DNA of 64,000 bases from Eledone cirrhosa (GCA_964016885.1 OZ024745.1:60326001-60390000), one strand, 5' to 3'; positions 41,591 through 56,287 are shown, counted from the stretch's first letter. Program-made: numbers and translations. The notes: a model not told the origin generated them from the sequence alone.

Positions 41591-41701
41591 ATGTTTAAAA
41601 TTAGAAATATCGTTAGCCAGGAAACTGTTGAGTGCTCTAAATCAGTTATTTATATTTGTCGGATTTCCAACAAATTGAATATCCCTTCTACTTTATATAT
41701 A

Positions 41702-42138
<437 letters not shown>

Positions 42139-42296
42139 GTATTATATAGCTCTGATACTGAATCAATCTAATCCATTCGGATTATTTTGTCCCAGTTATT
42201 CATAGAGCAACAACGGTTGAGGTTGGCACCACAAATTCAGGGATATATGTGGATATATTCATGTATATGTATGTGTCCGCATGTATCTGTGTATTT

Positions 42297-42343
<47 letters not shown>

Positions 42344-42697
42344 CGTGTACTTGTACATATTCGTATGTGTGTATGTGTGTATGTATATTTTTATATATAG
42401 GTATATGTATATATGTGTGTATGTGGTTGTATGTATTTTTTCTCATGTGTGTGAGTTTATGTTTATTTTATACCTTTATTTGTTTTTACGGTTTTAGTTG
42501 TGTGTATGCGGTGATTATAGGCCTTTATTTTCTGTCTGTATAGTCTTATGTATGTATATGTGCGTATGTGTGTGTGAATGTATATATTTATTGATATATG
42601 TATATACGCCTACATTTGTGTATATGTCCCTATACGTGTCGTTGAATGTATGTGCGTGCGTATGTGTGTGTATGTATGTATGTATATGTGTGTATAT

Positions 42698-42834
<137 letters not shown>

Positions 42835-43032
42835 CGTGCGTAGATAAGTCTACCAAAATATACGGTAGTGTCCAATCCGTATGAAGAACTCAATGTAATC
42901 CAAATATAGAAGATATCATGAAAAGAGAAGATACATTCAAAAATTTACGATAAAAATCATAGAACAGAGTCAAGATAAATTAATAAAAACAATGAAATAA
43001 ACACAAAGTACAAGTTCTTTATATTAAAAAAT

Positions 43033-43166
43033 TCATCATTTTACGATCGTTTCCGGGATGCATGTGTGTTGGTATGTACATCATATAGATCTATGTAAAA
43101 ATATTACAAATTATCAGAGGAAATATACATACCTTCACATATACATGCCGTCCTCAGAAATGATGA
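43033..43166 (-). ncRNA. Hammerhead with ~100-nt stem II domain
   Basis: tcatcattt-CTGAGGA-cgg..ccg-GAAAC-gatc-GTA-aaatgatga; perfect 9-bp stem I. Confidence 0.8.
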
Positions 43167-43390
43167 GATGTGTTTATTGAAAAAAAACAAAGAATTAATA
43201 TAAAGGGTCTGTTTGGGAACAGAAAAGGAGTTAGAGGTCAAGTTGATAGACTGACAGTAGTAGAGATTAAATCTAGGGGAATAGGAGTGCAGACTTATGC
43301 TTTGAATGAAAAGAATACTGTGGAGATGAAATGAGGTCAAGTCAAGAAAATAGTGAAGGGTACACGAAAATTTGATGTTATTAAATAATA

Positions 43391-43750
43391 TTGTTAAAAA
43401 CGAAGGAAAATAAAATTTTAGGGTAAGGATATTAGTGAGAAATACCTATCTTATTTAAACCACAAGGAATCTAGATATATAACAAGAAATTAAATTAATT
43501 GATAGGTATACTTACAGGGATAAAGTTATAGTAATTCATATGAATGTGATAAATAAAAACTTGATATTATTAAAGAGTGTTGTTAAAAACGAAGGAAAAT
43601 AAAATTTTGGGAAAAGGGTATTAGTGAGAAATACCAATCTTATTTAAACTACAAGGAATCTAAATACATAACAGGAAATTAAATTAATTTATAGGTATAC
43701 TTACAGGGATAAAATTATATTAATTCATATGAATGTGATAAATTCATATG
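43391..43750. repeat. Tandem duplication, period ~189 bp
   Basis: ttgttaaaaacgaaggaaaataaaatttt at 43391 and 43580. Confidence 0.85.
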
Positions 43751-45864
43751 ATTGCAAGATATAATTAATTCCTGTCGCTTATTTAATAGAATATCCTTAG
43801 ATTTCATGATTTCAAAAAGTTCTTGGGAGCATACCCTACACTCGTATCTGCTATTTTGAGCACGCTCCAGGTCAGGTTGTAATCGATGTTCTTCTTTCTA
43901 TAATTATTAATTGTTTCAGCCAAGGATGTTGTATTAGCTAATGCGGCATTTTTAAAACTATGTTTGTGGGTATTAAATCTTACTTTAAATTGGTTAGACG
44001 TAGCTCCTATATATGAATAAGTGGAGTCCTTAGTGCTAACTTTACATTTATATACTATGTTATTAATAAAACAATTTCCCTTTAATGGGCAATTTCTTTT
44101 GATTCTACAGTTACAACCATTCGTGAATATTATATTAGGTGAGTTAGTTAAATTTGGTGTGGAATTTACTGGACATGTTATAGGTGAAGGAGATGGTGGT
44201 TTGTTATGGTTAATTTTAGTATTATTATGGTTGGTTTGATGTGTTGGTGGCATATTTATGGTTTCTTTTTACACTTATATGCGTTGTACGCACTTATATT
44301 CTGTTGTACATTTTTGGTAGTGGAGTAGGAGAATTTGACTGTAGATCTATTTAAAATTTGATGGTATTTATGGTTTGGTGGGAAGTTTTTCTCTAGGATA
44401 GCAAAGAATTTTTTAGGGATATTGTCTTTAATTTGTAGATTAAATGGAGCATTATACCAAGTAACCCGTCTATTACGGTTTCGATATTGTTTCTTATATT
44501 TATACAATGTATCAGGAGGTTTACTAAGAGAGTTACTATTAGTGATTTTATTATATATAGGTTTAGTTTGATAAACTGATTTAGGTGTTTTAGTCTGATT
44601 ACTAGGAATTTTGTTAGTAATGTTGTTAACATATGTTGGAGTATTATTATAAATGTTTTTTTGAAAGTCATTATATTTTATGTGAGAAGAGGTAGAGAAA
44701 TTAAGTTTTGGGTTGGTGTTTTTAGGTGTAGTATGAGTGGCATTTAGGTGTGGGTTTTTCATTTGGCGTTTGTTGGTAATATTAGGTTGTATGTTTGAAA
44801 TATTATTGGTGCAAGGTATGTATACTAATTTGTTTTTGTGGCCACTTCTAGCTAAAGCTTCGTTATAAAAGGGCGCGTTTTTATCGAATACATCCTGATT
44901 TGATGAAAGGTTAGAGATCCTGAGTGAGATGTTATATGCTAGGTTTTTAAGGATAGATCTGGGTGATTGGATTGTGAGTGTATGTAATGCAAGTTTTGGT
45001 TAGGTTTATGGTAAGGTTTGTAGATACTCGTAGATAGGTCCAAAGTTATATCTAGGAAATTGCCTATTTTACTGGTGTTTTCAAATGTAATAGTGAGATT
45101 GTAATAGTCTTTGAGGAAAGTTCTAATAAGTTTTTTATTTATTTCAATTTCTGATAGGCTAAGATTAGTGGATAGAAGAAGACAGTCATCACGATATAAA
45201 CCACCTTTAAGGTGGGGAAAAGATGAATTAATGTTAAATAGAAGAAAGAGGCCCACAAGATCGGTAATTTGGGCGGAATCACTAGAGCCCATATATCGAA
45301 GAGATTACTATATGTATTTCTGGTCCAGTGTTCCTTCTGAAACTCCAGCAGTGTTTGTCTAGCGTGCGTGATAATATTGATGTCATCCATAGTTAAGTCT
45401 GATCTATTTTTGGCGAATATCAAGGCTTTGTTCAGGAGTATGGGTGATATAGAGGAATAATAGGCATCTATGTCGAACTGTAGAAATGAAGCAGATGATT
45501 TATTTCTAATATTAGTAAACCAGTTAATTACTTGGGATGTGTTTTCCCAGAGTGGTAAGTTAACATGTTTTCCTAATTGTGGGATAATTCTATCTAATTT
45601 TTTTTTACTAATGATGCCAATGTCAGACTTGGAAGGGCATATAAGTCTTATAGAAGGATTAGAGTTAAAGTTAGATTTGTGATCTTTCACGTTAAAGTGT
45701 GGTTTTTTCAGTGCCAAAGGTTCAGTTCTGTCTTTAATATTGAGTTTATTTACTATGTTGTATGTGTTGTTGTTGTTGATATTGGTAAGAGCCGCATTAT
45801 TTGTTTTTTTATACTTTTTCCTGAGTTCCTTATAAATGAACTCATTGTAATTATTAATATCCAT
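43750..45864 (-). pseudogene. Third Penelope-like element (RT YRDD + CxC linker + GIY-YIG), frameshifted
   Basis: VKDHK, QFDIDAYYSSI, MGSSDSAQITDLVG, GLYRDD, YHKPN, CNCRIKRNCPLKGNC, IVYKC..YIGAT..FKVRFNTH. Confidence 0.88.
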
Positions 45865-46014
45865 GTGGTATATATATATATATATATATGTGTGTGAGTG
45901 TGTGTGTATATGTGTATATATATTTGTATGTGTGTATATATATTTGTTTGTATATACTTATTTGTGTATATGTTTGTGCTGTACATGTGTGTGTATATGT
46001 GTATGTATATGTAC

Positions 46015-46088
<74 letters not shown>

Positions 46089-46225
46089 TTGTTAAACAAT
46101 ATTCAATGATTATGTCAAAGAATGAGTTTTACAGTAGATTGGAAGCACTCAACGAAAAATAATTTTCTGGAGTTATTAATATTAAAATATAAGTATTAAT
46201 AAAATAGATGTTCTTTTGATCAATT

Positions 46226-46282
46226 ACATTTTATTATACATATTTCGGATGTACAACAGTACGTCCTCATCAGACAAAATAT
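46226..46282 (-). ncRNA. Type I hammerhead ribozyme
   Basis: atattttgt-CTGATGA-ggacgtac tgtt gtacatcc-GAAAT-atgt-ATA-ataaaatgt. Confidence 0.8.
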
Positions 46283-46382
46283 AATGATACATGACATACC
46301 CTGAGATGTTAAATGGTTAAATCTTAACCATTTAAAATCTCAGGTATTTCAAATCCACTTTCAATAAAAACACCAGGATTTT

Positions 46383-46442
46383 TTTCATTCTGACGACTGA
46401 AAGCAGATTTGTTTGCTTTCAAGAAACCACTGGTAAATGAAA
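46383..46442 (+). ncRNA. Type I hammerhead ribozyme
   Basis: tttcatt-CTGACGA-c tgaaagca..tgctttca a-GAAAC-cactg-GTA-aatgaaa; mirror of 31201. Confidence 0.85.
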
Positions 46443-46534
46443 TAATTATCTTATGCTGTTTATTACATAACTAATAAGCTCTGTAACCTACATAGAGCAC
46501 TCTTTTTTCCTGTACCTTTCCAACGGAATTACTT

Positions 46535-46632
<98 letters not shown>

Positions 46633-46678
46633 GTTGAATAATGAAAGAATAAGACACATCGAAGTACGTAATTAATCC

Positions 46679-46799
46679 ATTGTTTTACGATCGTTTCACA
46701 GAGCAAATGTATCGATGTACAGATCAATCGATGATAGTCATACAACTCCATAGTAGCAGCTTCGTAAAAGCACATTTGCTGTCGAGCCTCAGAAACAAT
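46679..46799 (-). ncRNA. Hammerhead variant with core insertion and long stem II
   Basis: attgttt-CTGAGgctcGA-cagcaaatgt..acatttgctctgt-GAAAC-gatc-GTA-aaacaat. Confidence 0.6.
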
Positions 46800-46822
46800 A
46801 GTATATATATTATATATATGTG

Positions 46823-46913
<91 letters not shown>

Positions 46914-47289
46914 AGAGAGAGAAAGGTGAGGGAGAGTGTAAGAGGGAGAGAGAGTGTAAGAGAGAGAGAGAGAGAGAGCTCTAGGAGAGAGGAGTAGGTA
47001 AAAGCAGAAGTGGGGAAGGGTTATGTGGAAAGTGTAAAAAGGTAATGGAATAACGAAAGTTACGGGAGGAGCTGAGAAAGAAACAAAAAGACAAATATAA
47101 ACTTTACGTATGTGGATGTATGTATGTTTGTCTGGGTCTGTATTTGTCTGTATGTGGAGGTGTTAGTCCCTGTGTGTGTACGTATATGACTATATTTGTA
47201 TATATGCGTGCGTGTGTGCGTGTGAAATAAGCGTGTGCATCTGTATTATATATGTTTATCATTATGTAAGAGAGTGTGAGAGAATGCTT

Positions 47290-48535
47290 GTGTATGTATG
47301 CATGTCTATGTCAGTATGTGTGTGTACGTGTATGGGTGTATGTGTCCATGTATATGTCAGTATATGTGTGTAGGTGTATGAGTGTATGTGTGCATGTCTA
47401 TGTCAGTATGTGTGTACGTGTATGAGTGTATGTGTGCATGTGTATGTCAGTATGTGTGTACGTGTATGAGTGTATGTGTGCATGTCTATGTCAGTATATG
47501 TGTGTACGTGTATGAGTGTATGTATGCATGTCTATGTCAGTGTGTGTGTACGTGTATGGGTGTGTGGGTGTATGTGCATGTATATGTCAGTATGTGTGTG
47601 TACGTGTATGGGTGTATGTATGCATGTCTATGTCAGTGTATGTGTGTGTATGTATATGTCAGTATGTGTGTGTACGTTTATGGGTGTATGTGTCCATGTA
47701 TATGTCAGTATGTGTGTGTAAGTGTATGAGTGTATGTGTCCATGTATATGTCAGTATGTGTGTGTACGTGTATGAATGTATGTGTGCATGTCTATGTCAG
47801 TATATGTGTGTACGTGTATGGGTGTGTGTGTGCATGTCTATGTCAGTATGTGTGTGTAGGTGTATGGGTGTGTGTGTTCATGTCTATGTCAGTATATGTG
47901 TGTACGTGTATGGGTGTGTGTGTGTGTATGTGCATGTCTATGTCAGTATGTGTGTGTACGTGTATGGGTGTATGCGTGCATGTCTATGTCAGTATGTGTG
48001 TGTAGGTGTATGGGTGTGTGTGTGCATGTCTATGTCAGTATATGTGTGTACGTGTATGGGTGTGTGTGTGCATGTCTATGTCAGTATATGTGTGTACGTG
48101 TATGGGTGTGTGTGTGTGTGTGTCCATGTCTATGTAGTATATGTGTGTACGTGTATGAGTGTATGTATGCATGTCTATGTCAGCATATGTGTGTACGTGT
48201 ATGGGTGTGTGTGTGCATGTCTATGTCAGTATGTGTGTGTACGTGTATGGGTGTATGCGTGCATGTCTATGTCAGTATATGTGTGTACGTGTATGGGTGT
48301 GTGTGCATGTCTATGTCAGTATATGTGTGTACGTGTATGGGTGTGTGTGTGCATGTCTATGTCAGTATATGTGTGTACGTGTATGGGTGTGTGTGTGCAT
48401 GTCTATGTCAGTATATGTGTGTACGTGTATGGGTGTATGTGTGCATGTCTATGTCAGTATATGTGTGTACGTGTATGGGTGTATGTGTGCATGTCTATGT
48501 CAGTACGTATGTCAACGTGTATGGGTGTATGTGTA
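47290..48535. repeat. Minisatellite, ~41-49-bp TG-rich unit
   Basis: gtgtacgtgtatgggtgtgtgtgtgcatgtctatgtcagtatat repeated roughly 27-30 times. Confidence 0.92.
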
Positions 48536-48936
48536 TATACGTGAGAGTGTATAAGCATACATCGTCGGCACGTATGTGCGCGCGCATGCGTGTTTAAGCA
48601 CTTTAGTGTATGTGAGTATAAACATGTATAAATATAGATTTCTTTTGATTAGCCATACAAGGCCAATTTTGGCTGTTGAGGAGTTAGCTATATAATACAA
48701 ATGATTTCTCCTTCATATATTACTGGTACTTATTTTATCGTCCCTAACTAATGTCAGCCCTAGCGGGAATTAAACTCACGTTATTTTTTTTAAAGTGATA
48801 TAGCTATTGTAATTTCTCAATCCAGTTAAAATATTTTATTTTATATATATATTTTATTTTTGTTTATTACATTTATATATTATTTTTATATATTATATTT
48901 ATATATTATTTTTTATGTTATTTTTATATGTTATTT

Positions 48937-49043
<107 letters not shown>

Positions 49044-49119
49044 ATAGAGAAATTAATGTAAGCTATTTGCCGACAATAATTCATTCAGACATATAAGTTA
49101 TTATAACATCAAGATGATA

Positions 49120-49164
<45 letters not shown>

Positions 49165-49192
49165 TTTTTATATATTATTTTTCTTTATTATT

Positions 49193-49306
49193 TGAGTTCA
49201 AATCCGGCCGAGGTTAACTTTGCCTTTCATCCTTACGGGGTCGATAAAATAAAGTACCAGTAATGCACTGGTTAATTTGCTGGCCTTGTGCCTAAAGTAG
49301 AAACAT
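49193..49306 (+). mobile_element. SINE, 5'-truncated
   Basis: Family match. Confidence 0.8.
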
Positions 49307-49497
49307 TTATTTATTATATTTATCATATTTATTATATTTATTTATTTATTTATTTATTTATTTGTTTATTTATGCAGCTATTACCTCCGTTCCATTTGAT
49401 ATAACCACGCGCACCTCTGTCTGCATATGAACATCACATATTGGAGGATCTTTATACATGTATAAATATAGATATGGTATCAGTGTCTATAACCATT

Positions 49498-49586
<89 letters not shown>

Positions 49587-49691
49587 AGTTGTGTCTCCTA
49601 GTTTTTGTTGTTGCTTTTTTCACCTTTCTCCTCAAATATACTCATTTTTCATCGAGTGCATGTGTGTATGAGTATACATACACACACACAC

Positions 49692-49769
<78 letters not shown>

Positions 49770-49781
49770 ATATACATCTAC

Positions 49782-49875
<94 letters not shown>

Positions 49876-49961
49876 TTTCAGATGATCCCACTTATGGTGA
49901 AAACAGAAATTCATTGCTTAAACTTTTAATCTGTACTAATAATAAATTAATATATATATAT

Positions 49962-50024
<63 letters not shown>

Positions 50025-51231
50025 TGTATGTATGCATTTATGCCTGTGCGTGTATATATGTATATATGTGCGCGTGTATGTGTATGTGCGTGTTTATATA
50101 AACACACATACACATGTATGCATCCTCACCAAACATACAGAAGCACTCATAGAAACACAAGCAGAAACAGAACGAAGCATGCACATACAAACTCTTCCAC
50201 CAACTCTTCGCCTACACATCTACGCACGTACACCAATTTACAATACGAACATGCACGCCCCCCCCCCCTTCTCCCCCTCCTCCTTCTGTTTTCCCCCCAC
50301 CCCCACCCCATCTTGGACGAAAATAAATATTAACGTATGTAGGACATACACCACGTATAAATAAATCAGCAGAGAAGTACAGAGGCAAACAGACAGAAAC
50401 TTATACAGACACATCAAATATAAAAAGACACCTCAACTATAACGTTGTCTATAATTTTTATTTTAATTATCACAACATTAAGCAGACAATGAATCTGTAC
50501 ATTCAATTCTCTAAAGCAAAGATGTAATATCATATATTTAATGTCAAGAGCTAAATTAAAGTCAAGATGGCCACAATGGGAAGGGGAAATAACCCAATAG
50601 CTAAAATGCCTAAATAGAGAGAAACAAATAGCTGAAGTGAAGATACGGTTGCTTGTTTATCAGAATATCTTACCTAGAGTGAAATTCAATATCCTGAACG
50701 GGATTTTACCACACTTAGTAAGAGCCACAGTCAACACTCTGTAATAAAGTTGACTGTAAAATACATATCATACGTTCAAAACCAGTTGACTTACTTGTAG
50801 TGAAACTATTCTACTATTGACATTTGTAATGTCTTCAAGGCCATTATTATTGGGTTTCACTTACGATTTAATTTCAATTTTTAATATATTTCTGAGATAA
50901 GAGAAACGTTGTTTTTTTTTAGCCCTAGGTCAACCTTGATTGTACAGAACTGTTATCAAAAGTATCATACAACCATTTGCTCCCATTTTAGTTTCCTCGC
51001 ATATTTTTAAAAATTGATAGAATTTGATACAAAAAAAGGGTAATTATTATTTATTGATGAAGAATAAAATTATAATGAAATCTGTGAAGTTCATGCCTTT
51101 CTGAAGAGCGTTGGCAGCGTAAATGAAGTGAAATAGTTTGAAACAGAAATCAAAACCAACTGCCAAATTACCTCTCGCTTTACTGCTCATGGTACTGGGA
51201 TTGAAAAATATTGTTATTAATGTTGGCTTCA

Positions 51232-51658
51232 GATCGGTGTATTGGGAGAATCGGTAGAGCGTCAAACAAAATGTTTTGCAGTATTTAGTTACAACTTCTT
51301 ATGTTCTGAGTTCAAATCCCGCCGAGGCCAACTTTTCCTTTCGTCCTTCCGGGGTCGATAAAATAAAGTACCAGTCAAGTACTGGGCTCGGTGTAATCGA
51401 TATTCTCCTTCCCCCTAATTGCTGGTCTTGTGCCAATGGTAGAAAGAATGATTAAAGTTGGCTTCAAGGCATGGGATTGGGAGAATCGGTTTTTGTTCTG
51501 GATCTCGAAGTTTTCAATTTGTCTCCTGCTGAGGTCAAGTTTGCTTTTCATCCCTTTGAAGTCGATAAAATAAAGTACAAGTTAAGAACTGGGGTCGACA
51601 TAATTGACTTTCCCCTTCCCCACAAATTGCTAACCTTGTGCCTAAATTAGAAACCATT
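51232..51658 (+). mobile_element. Two tandem SINEs
   Basis: Flank attaNNgttggcttc occurs before, between and after. Confidence 0.8.
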
Positions 51659-52484
51659 ATTACAGTTGGCTTCTTTTTAACCAACAGAGTAAAATATCCA
51701 GCAAATTATCAAAGTTGAAACCAAGCAAACAATTTCTTTATTACTGATGAGAATCTAAGATATCAAACGGGTGATGTGTACAGAATTGGTTTCCATTTCA
51801 ATAGTCCCGTCCTTCTCTTCAAATTAGAGGATACTTAAACACTGTAGGATACTTCTGAACATCTGAAATCAGCCATTTGAACTGTTTGATCAATTCGATA
51901 TGATATTTGTGACCCTGTCAAGTTGAATAAGTTCATGGATCAACAGAACAAGCCTGCAAATGCCAAACTTTTCAATAATGTATCCTTGTTTGGATATTTC
52001 AAGTTTAGGTTAAACTAGCTTACTGTGAGAACTTATTGCTATATTTTAAATCCTACACATAATCTTCAAATGAATACTGATAATTATCATATTGTTTTTA
52101 AATATCCAGGTGTGACGTACATGAGTGGTCAACTAGTTTAATGCCATTGTGATCAAACGTGTAATTAGGAGAATATTTCACTGCTTAAGAATTAGTACAC
52201 CTCGTGGTTCCAGCGACCAAAATGGAGAAGTCGCAACAATATTAGTTCATTCCAGACAGGATACTGTTTGATCATTTCGATATATTTGTGACCCTGTCAA
52301 GTCGAATAAGTTCATGAATCAACAAGTATTAATTAGTTAATTAGATCCAATTACTACTTTCATTATATTCCCTGTATATCAAGGGCGGCGTATTGGCAGT
52401 ATCAGTAGAGCGTTGGACAACATGCTTTGCAGTATAGAGTTACGTATCCCTAGATATACAATGCATATTTAACAGCAAATACAG

Positions 52485-53332
52485 TACGAGGTACACCCAA
52501 GAGGTTTTAAGACTTTTATCAGAGAGATATTTATTTAACTCAGATCAACACAAAACTCTAGTCTCCCTCAAAGTAGGATCCTACAACTTTAATCCACTTG
52601 TTGTAACACTCCAGCTACTTCTGGAAGGCCCCCTTGTAGTTCTCCAAAGAGAAGGTGTCCTGGGTGCTTGTAACAGCATCCTTCAGCTTAAGAAACACCC
52701 AGAAGTCGCATTGGGCTAAGTCTGGACCATAGGGTGGATGAGGGACCGTCTTGATTTTCATATCGGTCAACTAGTTGGTCAGGATGGATCTGAGCAAGTT
52801 CAGATCGTCATGAATTACTCTGTGTACAGTGCCCTCGGCCACTTTAAATTGTTTAGTAATCGTCAAAAGAGATGCACGACGATCCTCGTCCAGAAATTTG
52901 TGAATTTTGTAGACCAATTTTGACGGCCTGATATCCCTTTCCCTGCCACACCTCTCGTCGTCCCTCACCTGCTCTTTGCGCTCCTGGAACCTCTTGTGCC
53001 AATGGAAAACGGTCACCCAGCTCATGAAAGTTTGCCTGTAAGCAGTTGTGACCAATTCATAGGTTTCTGCAGCATTTTTGTCGAGTTTGACACAAAACTT
53101 TATTGCATATCGAGCCCCCAAGTTGTCCTCACGTCCTGACTGTATTGTGGTATCAGTCAACTGTGACAAGATGTGTATGACACGTAGAGTTTAAAATTCT
53201 GTAGCGACCCGAACCTTCAACCTGGAAAAAAGATTTGTCAAGATAGCTTATTATAACCATATCAAGGATGTATTAGAGTGACAGTTTCGTTGATCAATTA
53301 AAAGTGTCTAAAAAGAAAGTCTCAACACTTCT
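52485..53332 (-). mobile_element. Internally deleted mariner transposon
   Basis: RYAIKFCVKLDKNAAETY..WHKRF..RDDERCGR (HTH) fused to HPPYGPDLAQCDFWVF; tacgagg..aagactttt terminus. Confidence 0.85.
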
Positions 53333-54190
53333 ATATGGCTTCAATTCAGAAAATATGCTTCGTGTTGAACAGGTCTACAATATATAAGATCAAATCATCA
53401 AGATATTTCTTCCCCTCTCCGGAAATATTCATCAGATTAACAGGTTGTGGAAATTATCGAAACAAAACATGAACGACAACTGAATAAAATAATCTTTAGC
53501 TTCTGTTCAGGTTTGAAGTAATACCTTGTGCTATGGAATCTGAAATGGCTCTCTAGTGTTTTATCAATTACAATTAGTGCTATTCCTATGGCACTAATGC
53601 CCAGAGAACATTTAACTGCAAATAAAATGTAATTATATTGTTATGTTTTGACCTCAATAGCAATTATCACTGTTATTTAACGATAGAAACCAGCTGGGTT
53701 TCTTTCAATACAGAACCAAACCAAACCTGGAAGCTGTTTACTTTTCCTTGTTAAATTCTTTATACTTTAATTTAGTTATTGATTGCGATGGGGGGTGTAT
53801 GTGGATTAGCGACGGGGTAGTAAAACACCAGCAACAGCAGCAGAAGCAACAACAACAACGTCAACAACAACACTTCGATGTGCTGGTTCGTGTTTGTTTC
53901 GTGTTGTTTTGGCATGAGGAAATGATGGGAAACAATGCACTTCTATATAAACCAGTTTGTGTGTTGCTATTGACTTCTTTTCTAATCAATAATGATTCCT
54001 GTCTTTATTGATCATGAAGCTATAAGAAGTCAATAACTGACCTGTTCAAATCGTTCTTTCCCGTCACTTCAGATAATTTCAGATAATTTTATATGTACTT
54101 ATGTCTACAGCAATAAACTGAACTTTCTTTCATTTTTCTATATAAGCATACAGAAATACATATATCTCTGCACTTACGAATGTAGACTGA

Positions 54191-54269
<79 letters not shown>

Positions 54270-54426
54270 TATAAAATATATATATTTATTTATATATATA
54301 TATATACACAGTATATATATATATATATATATATAAATATATATATACTGTATATATATATGCGTGTACATACATATATATATGCACATATATATATGCA
54401 TATATGCATATATATGCATATGTATG

Positions 54427-54475
<49 letters not shown>

Positions 54476-54706
54476 GTATATATATTTATGTATATATATA
54501 TATGTATATATATGAATATATATACATATATATATATATATGAATATATATACATATATATATATATATACATAAATATATACATATATATATGTATATA
54601 TATATACATATATATATATACATATATATATATATACATATATGTATATACATATATATACATATATATGTGTGTGATTATTTCTATCTGTGTATATATA
54701 TATATG

Positions 54707-54739
<33 letters not shown>

Positions 54740-54752
54740 ACATAAATATATA

Positions 54753-54808
<56 letters not shown>

Positions 54809-54851
54809 AGTATTTATATATACACACATATATATATGTATATATATGTAT

Positions 54852-54936
<85 letters not shown>

Positions 54937-55522
54937 TAGAAATAATCACACACATATATATTATATTATATATACACTCAACCCATAAGCCTCCGTGTCC
55001 ACACAAATATGAAACAGTTCAGTTTTCATTGTCTACTTATATTCAAAAGCTGATATAAACGGATTTTCTGTATTATTTACTCGATTTACATTCCAGATAT
55101 GTGTAGTTATCTTCGATGAAAACGGCAACGATTGCCATTACCATTCGCATATTAGTAATAGAAAAAAATACATGGAGAATAGTGGGAATGGTCAACAAAA
55201 AAACAACAACAACCACAACAACAATTACAAAACAAAGCAACAATCTTATCGATACTACTGGACAGGACGTTACTAATGGTTGACTGAGCTAGTTTTAGCT
55301 GGAAGTTTGTTTATAAATTTGTTACAGATCTGAAGTGATTGTATTTACATAAATTTACTTGACATCTTCTATTGATTGTAAGATCAGGAATAATCCCAAT
55401 AACAGTTGAACACTTCCATGAAACTGTTTCGTTGACGGGTTTATCTAATAAGGAGACAAATGATAAGCAATTTTGAGTATCGGATGATATTAGTATTTGA
55501 GTACATATACAAGCTTCAGCAT

Positions 55523-56108
55523 TCAGTAATCAGAAGGGAGGTAAGTATAAAAGCCAAACTTGCTATCTTCAATTCTGCTTTCGTGCCAACCCTTACCTAT
55601 GGTCATGAATCTTTGGGTTAAGACCGAAAGAATACTATTGCGAATACAAGCGGCCGAAATGGTATTCCTCTGAAGAGTCTGTGGAGTAACGTTACTTGAT
55701 AGAGTGCGTAGCTCGGAGATCAGAGAGTCACTCCAGCTAGAGCCGCTACTTCTCCGCATTGAGAGACCACAGCTCCGATACGATGGACATGTGCTTAGAA
55801 TGTCACAGGAAAGAAACGCTGAACAGATTTTTACGGGCAAAACCAATCGGCACGAGATCCAGGGGTAGACCCCGAGCAAGATGGTTGGATAACATCCATG
55901 AGCTTGGCTGATCACGCTTGGGGATCCTATCGGATCAGTTGGAGACGGTTGCTTCTGACAGGGTCTGCTGGAAGGCGTGTTTCAGGACTCTTCCCCCCAC
56001 GACCTCCTCAAGAAGAAGAAGAAGAAGAAGAAGAAGAAGAAGAAGAAGAAGAAGAAGAAGAAGAAGAAGAAGAAGAAGAAGAAGAAGAAGAAGAAGAAGA
56101 AGAAGAAG
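55523..56108 (+). mobile_element. RTE-clade (Rex3/Expander-like) LINE 3' fragment with (GAA)n tail
   Basis: FVPTLTYGHES, RIQAAEMVFL*RVCGVTLLDRVRSSEIRESL, QLRYDGHVLRM. Confidence 0.85.
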
Positions 56109-56243
56109 AGGGGGAGGGGTAGGGAGCAGGATGTAGTAGTAGTAACACTGTTGCAACTATGTAGATTTCCTCAACAAAGTATGTTCGTATGTATGTGTGT
56201 ATGTGTGTGTGTATGTATGTGTGTATGTAAATGTGTATTTATG

Positions 56244-56287
<44 letters not shown>

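Larger units (their letters stand above)
39199..41697 (-). mobile_element. Second Penelope-like element (YRDD RT, CxC linker; Hydra-clade-like) with inverted termini
   Basis: 39199-39273 inverted at 41623-41697; coding fragments 39786-41590. Confidence 0.88.

Noticed and set aside
51740-51776. CTGATGA..AAAC motif
   Set aside because: Lacks G of GAAA, poor stems, no NTH
51882-52325. ~65-bp direct repeat 381 bp apart
   Set aside because: Real but no LTR termini, TSD or ribozyme core; probably a local duplication
53395-53440. Minus-strand CTGATGA with nearby GAAA
   Set aside because: The GAAA pairs within the putative stem II; no stem I/III
53748-54011. Poly-Q ORF with a TATA-like ctatataaa
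   Set aside because: Short CAG/CAA microsatellite, no splice or homology support
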